Of a stretch of DNA of 32,000 nucleotides, positions 15,816 through 22,461 are shown in pieces. This stretch comes from Pyrodictium occultum (GTDB taxonomy: Archaea; Thermoproteota; Thermoprotei_A; Sulfolobales; Pyrodictiaceae), in assembly GCF_001462395.1 (NCBI RefSeq), contig NZ_LNTB01000001.1:960001-992000 (forward strand). The letters run 5' to 3'. Every line of letters begins with the position of its first letter. The stretch's first letter is position 1. The notes under the pieces were generated by a model, which searched no databases, was not told where the DNA came from, and worked only from the letters and a program-made list of their open reading frames with translations. The translations under genes were made by a program, and so were the position numbers.

Positions 15816-16620
15816 CTAGGCAGGCGTGGAGAGCTCCAGGACCCGGTGGCCCTCCTCCCGGAGCAGCTCGGCCACCTCGTCCAGGCTCCGGTCCACGATC
15901 CTTGAGCGCCGGTACCTGCCCCTAGCGAGGGCCTCCGCCGCGCTGGCCCCCAGGAGGCGTTGGAGCAGCCTCGCTGGCCTCTGGGCCTGGGGCCCCGGCC
16001 CGGGCTCGGAGAGTGGTGCCGGCGGGTGCACGAGGAGGCCTCTCCCCGTCACCGCCGCCGGCCTGTCCCCCGGCCGGAGCAGGTGGGGGCTGTGGCGCAG
16101 CTCCGGATGCCTCTGGAGTATCGCGGCCCAGCCCTGCTCTGAGGCGTCGAGGATCTCCCGGACCTCTAGCAGGCCCACCAGGTAGACCCCCGCCCTGCCC
16201 TCGGCGGCTGCGCGGCGGAAGGCGCGGCGTATCTCCCCCAGGCTCCTGGGCCTGCTCCAGAAGCCCTCAGCGTACACGGCGAGCCCCGCTATGAAGCCGA
16301 TTACGTCGCCCCTCCCCAGCCGCCGGGGCAGCCTGCCCCGGGGCGCGGGGTAGTCGGTGTAGAAGCCGAGGTCCAGCCGGGGATCGTTGTGGAGCAGCCA
16401 CCAGGCGTCGCTGGGGAGGAAGCCTGCCAGGGGGTCTCCCAGTGCACTGGTCCCTGGCGAGCCAGGGGAGGGTGTCGGGGCTCGCCCTCTCCGCTAGGGT
16501 CTCGGGCACCGGGATGAGGGTTGCGCAGCCCAGGTCCCGGTGGAGTGGGGAGTAGTAGCCTCCCCCGGGCAGGCTGCCGGTGTCCAGGAATACGCGGAGG
16601 AGCAGAAGCCTCCCAGCCAC
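15816..16620 (-). pseudogene. Conserved-hypothetical-like gene split by a +1 frameshift (about 268 aa if repaired)
   Basis: Track ORFs 16267..16620 and 15816..16277 lie on the same strand. The first reads sensibly only to ...ETLAERASPDTLPWLARDQ, then becomes R/P-rich. The frame shifted by +1 reads GDPLAGFLPSDAWWLLHNDPRLDLGFYTDYPAPRGRLPRRLGRGDVIGFIAGLAVYAEGFW... straight into the second ORF. The switch lies at about 16435-16470, next to a C5 run. The start is GTG 16620 (VAGRLLLLRVFLDTGSLPGGGYYSP). Confidence 0.6.
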
Positions 16621-16662
16621 CCCGGGCCGGCCCCAGGGGGCCCCGGGGAGGGCCTAATCTAC

Positions 16663-16670
16663 TTAATAGA
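16663..16670. promoter_or_regulatory. TATA-like element (TTAATAGA / TCTATTAA) between the divergent frameshifted gene and aIF1A
   Basis: This is the only A/T-rich octamer in the 16621-16728 spacer. It lies 43 nt upstream of GTG 16620 on the minus strand and 59 nt upstream of TTG 16729 on the plus strand. Confidence 0.3.
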
Positions 16671-16728
16671 GCCCCGGCGCCCAGGCTCCTTAGGATACCA
16701 ATCAGGGGCGTGTAGGCGTAGGCAAGGG

Positions 16729-17091
16729 TTGAAGGGTGAGGCTGCCCTGGCGAAGAAGAGGAGGAAAGGCGGCGGGGAGGAAAGCAGGAAGGAGATCCCC
16801 CTGCCCAGCAAGGAGGAGGGCACCATACTCTGCGTCGTGGTGAGGGTGCTGGGCGCCGACCACCTGCTGATACGCTGCCAGGACGGCGTGGAGAGGAAGG
16901 CGAGGATCCCGGGCAGCCTAAGGCGCCGCATGTGGATGAGGGAGGGCGACATAGTGCTGGCGGCGCCCTGGGACTTCAAGCCCGACCGGGCTGACGTGGT
17001 GTACCGCTACACTAAGGAGGAGCTGAGGAAGCTGGTCGAGAAGGGCCTGGTGCCCCAGGAGCTGCTCGAACTGTCCGAGGAGCTGGCATAG
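16729..17091 (+). CDS. eif1a: Translation initiation factor aIF-1A (S1-like OB fold)
   Basis: KEIPLPSKEEGTILCVVVRVLGADHLLIRCQDGVERKARIPGSLRRRMWMREGDIVLAAPWDF..DRADVVYRY is the aIF1A/eIF1A core. The track ORF starts at 16540, but its first 63 codons overlap the divergent gene and the promoter region. In-frame TTG 16729 gives a normal 120-aa protein. Confidence 0.85.
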   Translation: MKGEAALAKKRRKGGGEESRKEIPLPSKEEGTILCVVVRVLGADHLLIRCQDGVERKARIPGSLRRRMWMREGDIVLAAPWDFKPDRADVVYRYTKEELRKLVEKGLVPQELLELSEELA

Positions 17092-17114
17092 AAGCCTGGA
17101 GCAGGGGAGCAGTG

Positions 17115-17119
17115 TTTTT
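17115..17119 (+). terminator. T5 tract downstream of aIF1A
   Basis: TTTTT lies 24 nt after the aIF1A stop. Oligo-T is the usual archaeal termination signal. Confidence 0.4.
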
Positions 17120-17230
17120 ACCCAAGGGGGGCCTCGGCCTTCAGGAGATACCTCATCCCCTCCCTGCTCCTGGAGGCTGTGCCTCCACTGGAGGGTCGGC
17201 TATCCTGGCCCTCCTCACGCCCGATGGGGG

Positions 17231-17863
17231 CTAGGGCTGGGGCGGCTCCCAGAGCTGCGTCATACGGGTCCTGCGCAGCCTGAACATTGTGCGCTCCAGG
17301 AACCTGTATACTGTGCTGTGCTGCCTGCCCTGGATAAGCATCTCTATAGCCTGCTTGGCTATGTTCGCCGTCTCGAAGTCCCCTATAATCGCCACGTAAT
17401 TGCCGTAGACCGATATGTATGTGCCGGTCATCTCCTCTATGGTCTTCCTGGCCTTCCCCTTCTCCCCTATAATCCTCCCCTTGACCCTCTGGAGGTGGTT
17501 GGGTGCATCGCCTACGTACTGCTTGAGGTCTATGACTACGAGCACCTGGTCGTCCTCGAGGAGCCTCATAGCCTTCTCCGGGCTGAATCCGTATGCTATG
17601 GCGCGCACCACCTCCTGGGCCTTCATAACCATGTAGGGCGGCACGTCCGGCGCCTCGGGCTCGATGATGACCATGCCGGTGCTGCTGTCAACCGTTATCT
17701 TCGTCCGGGTCCTCCTCATCACCTCCGTCTTGACCCTACCGCCCTCCCCTATGAACACCCCTATCCGGTCCGGGGGTAGCCGCGCGTAGAGCCTCAGGAG
17801 GCCTGGCGCTGCCCTTGCCCCCTGTCCTCCCTCCTCTCCTTCCCGGGGCACTGTGTCCTGCAT
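17231..17863 (-). CDS. KH-domain RNA-binding protein (archaeal Dim2/Pno1-like)
   Basis: 210 aa with two KH GXXG loops (FIGEGGRVK and IIGEKGKARKTIEEMTG). It sits immediately downstream of rio1, which is the conserved archaeal neighbourhood. Confidence 0.8.
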   Translation of the reverse strand: MQDTVPREGEEGGQGARAAPGLLRLYARLPPDRIGVFIGEGGRVKTEVMRRTRTKITVDSSTGMVIIEPEAPDVPPYMVMKAQEVVRAIAYGFSPEKAMRLLEDDQVLVVIDLKQYVGDAPNHLQRVKGRIIGEKGKARKTIEEMTGTYISVYGNYVAIIGDFETANIAKQAIEMLIQGRQHSTVYRFLERTMFRLRRTRMTQLWEPPQP

Positions 17864-18633
17864 GCTACCACCCGCCTAACCAGCTCCTCTGGCTCGGGCA
17901 GCTCCACTCCTAGCTGGAGGGCGAAGAACCTGTATATGTTCTCTATGTCATGGCGCAGGAAGTCCTGGGCGTTAGGGTGCTCCAGCGACACAGCCTGCGC
18001 CACGTCTATCACGTAGAGCCGGTCGTCGAAGTAGACTAGGTTGTACTCGCTGTAGTCCGCGTGGACAAGCCTGGCACAGCAGTAGATCCTCATGTACTGC
18101 TCCAGCGCCTCCCGCGCGAGCCTCTCGGCCAGCTCCGCGTCCAGCTCGTGCCTTATCTCGTGCAGCGTGGGCGCCCTCAGCCCCCCGCGGCCCAGGAACT
18201 CCATCACGATAATGTTCTGGTACACCAGGTAGGGCCTGGGGACTCGGACCCCGGCTTCGTACATCCTCCGGAGGTTCCGGTACTCCTTCCGGGCCCAGGC
18301 AAAGAACAGCTTCTTCGTGTTACTGGTATCCACGTTCTCGAACCTGGGGTCGCCGAGCAGGTATTTCTGGATGCTCTTCCTAAACTCCGCTGTGACCGTG
18401 AGATATATCTTTACAGCGTACTCGCGCCCATCCCGGCCCACTGCGCGGTAGACCCGGGCCTCCTTGCCAGCGCTCAGCACGCCTGCAAACCGGTCGAGCC
18501 GGAGCCTCCTCATGACCTCGTAGGCTGCTAGCAGCGTCTGCCGGTCCCAGACCTCCTCCACGGTCTCGAAGAGGTCCTTATCCTTCAGCCGCTTGTACCG
18601 CCTACCACCCAGCCCAGCAACACCCCTCTCCAC
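17794..18633 (-). CDS. rio1: RIO-type serine protein kinase, Rio1 subfamily
   Basis: 279 aa. Features are the nucleotide loop SAGKEARVYRA, VKIY, the catalytic loop LVHADYSEYNLVY and the metal-binding YVIDVAQAV. There is no N-terminal winged helix, so it is Rio1 rather than Rio2. The start is GTG. Confidence 0.85.
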   Translation of the reverse strand: MERGVAGLGGRRYKRLKDKDLFETVEEVWDRQTLLAAYEVMRRLRLDRFAGVLSAGKEARVYRAVGRDGREYAVKIYLTVTAEFRKSIQKYLLGDPRFENVDTSNTKKLFFAWARKEYRNLRRMYEAGVRVPRPYLVYQNIIVMEFLGRGGLRAPTLHEIRHELDAELAERLAREALEQYMRIYCCARLVHADYSEYNLVYFDDRLYVIDVAQAVSLEHPNAQDFLRHDIENIYRFFALQLGVELPEPEELVRRVVACRTQCPGKERREDRGQGQRQAS

Positions 18634-18758
18634 CAGCCAGCTGCAGGCCCGGCACCCGCCAGAGACGCCCGCGGGGGATACTGGTGGTGCAGCCCCTCCT
18701 ATCCCTTACCATGCATGAGCGGAAGAAGAGTGGAGCACCCTGGGGGGCGCAGAGTAGG

Positions 18759-18763
18759 AAAAA
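18759..18763 (-). terminator. T5 tract downstream of cydA'
   Basis: The minus strand reads CCCCCCTTTTTCC about 40 nt after stop 18803. Confidence 0.35.
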
Positions 18764-18802
18764 GGGGGGCTAGAGGTCCAGCGGCCACTGGCCCCACTCC
18801 TC

Positions 18803-20170
18803 CTAGGACTTGGCTGCTGCCAGCTGCTCCTGCCTGGGCTTCTCCGGGGCCAGTAGCACGTAGAAGAGGTACACTAGTGCGATCGCCAGCGCCGATAGGA
18901 ATACTACAGTCATAGTTACCACTCCCTTATCGACGGCCATGCTGTTGGTAACCTCTTGTAGGCTGAAGTACTTCTCGATGCCCATGCTGGCGAGTATGCT
19001 CTTCACCGTGGGCCCATCGTCTAGCAGCACCACAGAGTTCACAGCCTCGACAACCCTGGGCAGGGCCTCCTTGAGCACCTGTATGCCGAACTGCGGCAGA
19101 GCCGACACCGGCACCCTGCCGGTCAGCACGTCGGGCCAGACCGCTATGAAGAACGGGTACTGGCTGAACGCGTTGAGGTACTCGCCCGCCAGTATGGTGA
19201 GCAAGCCCAGTATGCCGCCGAGCAGCAGGAACCTGGCCTTGCCGGGGCTCATCCTGCCAGCGGCCAGCGCGGGTATAGCGACAGCCAGGGCTATCAGCTG
19301 TATGCTGGCAAACACCATCTTAAGCACGAAGAGCCAGGACATGTTGTAGTAGACCTTGCCGTCAGCAGTCTTCCAGCCGAGGCTGGCGAACACGTTGTTG
19401 AACTTATAGGGTACGTTCTGCAGGGATACAGCGTACCAGACGCCGAAGAGGGCTGTTATAACCAGCGCTATTATGGCGGGGGTGGCTGTCATCCTCGCCA
19501 CGCGGAGCGCGGCCCTCCTCTCCTCCTCGCTCTTGGCGCGGAAGAACGCCTTGTAGGCGTATGCGCCCGCCACAACGCTTAGGGTGGCAGCGAACGCCGC
19601 TGCTATGCTCTTCAGGTAGAGCGGCCAGTAGGTCGGGTTCTTGGTCAGGGCGGCGCCGACGTCGAGGTAGAACTTGTTGTGCACCGGGTCGTAGCCGAGG
19701 CCGGCCGGGATGTTGAGGAATGCGAAGACGGCGCGGAACCCTAGGGGTATTAGAAGCGCCGAGATGCCGAGCAGCAGGCCTATGAAGTGGTGAGCGGCCC
19801 TGCTCCAGCGGTCCCAGCCGTACCAGAAGGCTGCTATGCTGAAGAAGTGCAGTATTATCGCGAGTATCGCTATGCCGAAGGGTATCAGCGTTATATGGCC
19901 GGCCAAGCCCAGGAACTTGGGGTAGTAGCTCAGCAGGAACACTGTATACGCTGTGCCGAAGACGCCCGCGACACCGTATGTGGCGGCGTAGAACTTCATG
20001 AGCTCCCTCGCCGGCCCCTCCAGCTCCTTTTCGCCCCGGTCAGCCCTCCACTTCAGGTAGGGCACCAGCCAGGCCAGCCCGATACCAAGGTTAACCATCA
20101 CTATGTGGGCTCCGAACATTATTGCCAGGAAGGCTGGCGCTATCCCTACCATCCCATCTCCCCTCTCCAT
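18803..20170 (-). CDS. Divergent CydA-like subunit (CydA') of a cytochrome bd-type oxidase
   Basis: Polytopic membrane protein. Its N-terminal third parallels the upstream CydA: IAILAIILHFFSIAAFWYGWDRWSRAAH compares with the E. coli-type ...FFFGWDRLGK. It lacks the E-F of the TGT-x-x-EF motif (VFGTAYTVF). I choose ATG 20170 (MERGDGMVG...) because ATG 20191 lies only about 11 nt from the TATA-like box. Confidence 0.65.
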   Translation of the reverse strand: MERGDGMVGIAPAFLAIMFGAHIVMVNLGIGLAWLVPYLKWRADRGEKELEGPARELMKFYAATYGVAGVFGTAYTVFLLSYYPKFLGLAGHITLIPFGIAILAIILHFFSIAAFWYGWDRWSRAAHHFIGLLLGISALLIPLGFRAVFAFLNIPAGLGYDPVHNKFYLDVGAALTKNPTYWPLYLKSIAAAFAATLSVVAGAYAYKAFFRAKSEEERRAALRVARMTATPAIIALVITALFGVWYAVSLQNVPYKFNNVFASLGWKTADGKVYYNMSWLFVLKMVFASIQLIALAVAIPALAAGRMSPGKARFLLLGGILGLLTILAGEYLNAFSQYPFFIAVWPDVLTGRVPVSALPQFGIQVLKEALPRVVEAVNSVVLLDDGPTVKSILASMGIEKYFSLQEVTNSMAVDKGVVTMTVVFLSALAIALVYLFYVLLAPEKPRQEQLAAAKS

Positions 20171-20201
20171 GGCTACACACTTATCTAGCATATTTAGGGT
20201 G

Positions 20202-20214
20202 TTAAAAAATATAC
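20202..20214 (-). promoter_or_regulatory. TATA-like box (minus strand GTATATTTTTTAA) for cydA'
   Basis: A/T-rich 13-mer in the cydA-cydA' spacer, about 30 nt upstream of ATG 20170. Confidence 0.4.
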
Positions 20215-20253
20215 GTTAGAGGCTCAATGCATAGAGCAGCTACAGCAAGTAGT

Positions 20254-20258
20254 AAAAA
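20254..20258 (-). terminator. T5 tract downstream of cydA
   Basis: The minus strand reads CTCTTCTTTTTACTAC about 30 nt after stop 20289. Confidence 0.35.
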
Positions 20259-20288
20259 GAAGAGTGAGCGTCAAGGGCTGGTGAGGCG

Positions 20289-22079
20289 CTAGGCCGTGAA
20301 CTTCTCCGGCTTGCCGGGCAGCCAGAGTATCCTGTATACCGCGTACACCAGGGCACCAAGCATTATGAGGAAGTAGGCAGCCACTAGGCCCAGCTCCCAT
20401 GCCGGCGGCGGGTTGGCCGTGCCGGCAACGTCGACAGTCATCATTCCGTATATGCTCCACGGCTTGCGGCCAACCTCCCTGACAACCCAGCCCATGGTGC
20501 TCACCAGCTGCGCCACGGCGGCAGCCACTATGGCGGAGGCTAGCAGCGTCCTCGGGTACTTGCCGCGTATACGCAGTATGTTGAGCAGCGCGTCCGCGAA
20601 GCCCCAGCGGTCGCGCAGCACCACCAGGGTCATGAGGGCTGCGTAGAGGCCGAGCAGTATCCCTAGCCCTACCTTGGCGTAGTAGATGTAGTGGATCATT
20701 ATCGGCGGCCTGCAGTCCTGCACCGGCGGCGTGTTTGCCAGCTTACAGATGCAGTAGTCCCTGGGTATCTTGTCGTAGTCGGGCAGCTTAGCGTTCATAG
20801 AGCCGTAGGCTATAAGCGGCATTATCTTATCAGTGCCTAGTAGCCTTGAGAGGCTCAGTATGTGCTGGCTGGTACCCTCCATGGCGGCGAACTTCTCGGG
20901 GTTGTACTCGGCCACCGCCTCACCCATTAGGTGGCCCGCTATGAAGCCCTGGTAGACTATCGCTATCAGCGTGAATATTGTGGCGAACTTGAAGGCCTTC
21001 TCGACGTAGCGGCGGTACCTGGGGTCAGCGTTCTCCGGCATCCTTAGAAGCCGGAGGGCGTAGGCAGCCATCACGGTGAAGCCGGACACCGTGAGGCCGG
21101 CGCCCAGGGTATGGGCTATGCTTGCCAGGTACACAGGGCTCTTGAAGGTTATGGACATGTAGCCTACACGCCTTACAGTGGTCATCACTATGTAGTCTAG
21201 GACATTGAACACCGGCACCTGCAGCAGCGTCTTGACCGGATCACTGCCGGAGGCTAGCAGGTTGCTGCTCGGCAGGCCTAGGTGCTCGGCGAGCTGACGG
21301 AGCTGCTCTGGGGACAGCTGCTCCACAGCCTTCACGTTGACGAAGCCGCCCTTGACGAGTATGCTGTCCTTGAGCGCCACCCCGGTGAAGGCCTCGCGCA
21401 CTAGCTGCTGCACGACCCTAACCGGTATCGCCACCTTATAGGAGTCGCCTGCGTCGCCGAGCACCTCGACGCCAGCGGCCGCCAGCTTCTTTATGTCAAG
21501 TAGCTTGGCCACATCCTTGGGCAGGTAGATGGCCAGCTTCGGGTAGCCCTGGCTGTAGAGGTAGGTGCCGTCAGGCTCGTAGGCGGGTAGTATGCCGGTG
21601 GGCGCCACCATGAAGCTGTTCACGCTGATAATCATGCTGGCGCTGTACCAGGCGCCGAGGAAGCCGAAGAATGCCACCACCGCTAGAGCCTTTGGAGATA
21701 TCCTATTCCAGCCGTACCATAGCATGTAGAGGAATATTACCTCCATCATGAAGGCGAATATCTCCATATATAGCGGGAAGTAGATGTAGCGGCCCGCCGC
21801 CTCCGTCAGGTTGGGCCACAGCAGCACTAGGCCAAACTCGCTGGCGGTGCCCGTGGCAGCGCCTACGGCGAACACTAGTATGAAGCCCTTGGCTAGGGTC
21901 CTGGCTAGCCTCATCCAGTCCTCGTCGCGGCTCCGCAGGTAGAGCAGCAGCGCCAGGAACGTCATGAATGGCAGGCCGAGCACGTACTGCAGTATATCCC
22001 AGTGGAAGTCGACACCAATGAATGACAGTAGCCTCATACCGGGCAGAGGGTACCCGGACCAGTATGCAACGCCTGCCAT
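20289..22079 (-). CDS. cydA: Cytochrome bd-type quinol oxidase subunit I (CydA)
   Basis: 596 aa. Features are an N-terminal His-containing helix (GVDFHWDILQYVLGLPF), AATGTASEFGLVLLWPN (bacterial TGxxxEFxFGxNW motif), and PLYMEIFAFMMEVIFLYMLWYGWNRISPK (bacterial PLxxExxxAFFLExxFxGxxxFGWDR). A hydrophilic insertion of about 170 aa lies between transmembrane blocks. Confidence 0.75.
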   Translation of the reverse strand: MAGVAYWSGYPLPGMRLLSFIGVDFHWDILQYVLGLPFMTFLALLLYLRSRDEDWMRLARTLAKGFILVFAVGAATGTASEFGLVLLWPNLTEAAGRYIYFPLYMEIFAFMMEVIFLYMLWYGWNRISPKALAVVAFFGFLGAWYSASMIISVNSFMVAPTGILPAYEPDGTYLYSQGYPKLAIYLPKDVAKLLDIKKLAAAGVEVLGDAGDSYKVAIPVRVVQQLVREAFTGVALKDSILVKGGFVNVKAVEQLSPEQLRQLAEHLGLPSSNLLASGSDPVKTLLQVPVFNVLDYIVMTTVRRVGYMSITFKSPVYLASIAHTLGAGLTVSGFTVMAAYALRLLRMPENADPRYRRYVEKAFKFATIFTLIAIVYQGFIAGHLMGEAVAEYNPEKFAAMEGTSQHILSLSRLLGTDKIMPLIAYGSMNAKLPDYDKIPRDYCICKLANTPPVQDCRPPIMIHYIYYAKVGLGILLGLYAALMTLVVLRDRWGFADALLNILRIRGKYPRTLLASAIVAAAVAQLVSTMGWVVREVGRKPWSIYGMMTVDVAGTANPPPAWELGLVAAYFLIMLGALVYAVYRILWLPGKPEKFTA

Positions 22080-22151
22080 GGCCGCAGCCCCTCCTCATAC
22101 CGCTCCCTTTTCTCCAATGCACCATTTACGTACGAAAAGTCTTGGTTGCCC

Positions 22152-22160
22152 TATTTTAAA
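22152..22160 (-). promoter_or_regulatory. TATA box (minus strand TTTAAAATA) upstream of cydA
   Basis: A near-consensus archaeal TATA about 75 nt upstream of ATG 22079, inside the AT-rich spacer. Confidence 0.4.
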
Positions 22161-22461
22161 CATAACCGTTACTTGTACTATGATAGAGTAGAATCGTGTA
22201 TTATGCTTGTTGAAACGCCACGCGAAGCCGCTCTATCAAACATGTTATTGTACATAATTTTCCAAAACGCCCGGCTCACAGCATCACCCTGTACACGTTA
22301 GAAGGTGAGCCTCTCCCCCGGGGGCCTCCAGAGAGGCGTCCCGGCACTAGAAGGGGGCAGTAGAGGCCTAGGACAGCACCCTAGGGCCTCCCGGGCCTGG
22401 GCAAGGAGCCCGGGGCTAGAGGGGCAGGGGTGAGGAAAACAGATACCCTAGCGGAAGGGGG

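Noticed and set aside
16540-16728. A 63-codon N-terminal extension of aIF1A (track ORF 16540..17091).
   Set aside because: The extension overlaps the start of the divergent gene and the only TATA-like element. It is P/G-rich. It would also give a 183-aa aIF1A, whereas the family is about 110-120 aa. In-frame TTG 16729 restores the normal length.
17095-17180. An imperfect inverted repeat (GGAGCAGGG ... CCCTGCTCC) between aIF1A and the KH gene, considered as a possible structured RNA.
   Set aside because: The stem is only 9 bp with a loop of about 55 nt. It lies in a convergent spacer that already has a T5 tract. This is too weak to call anything beyond a possible terminator-associated structure.
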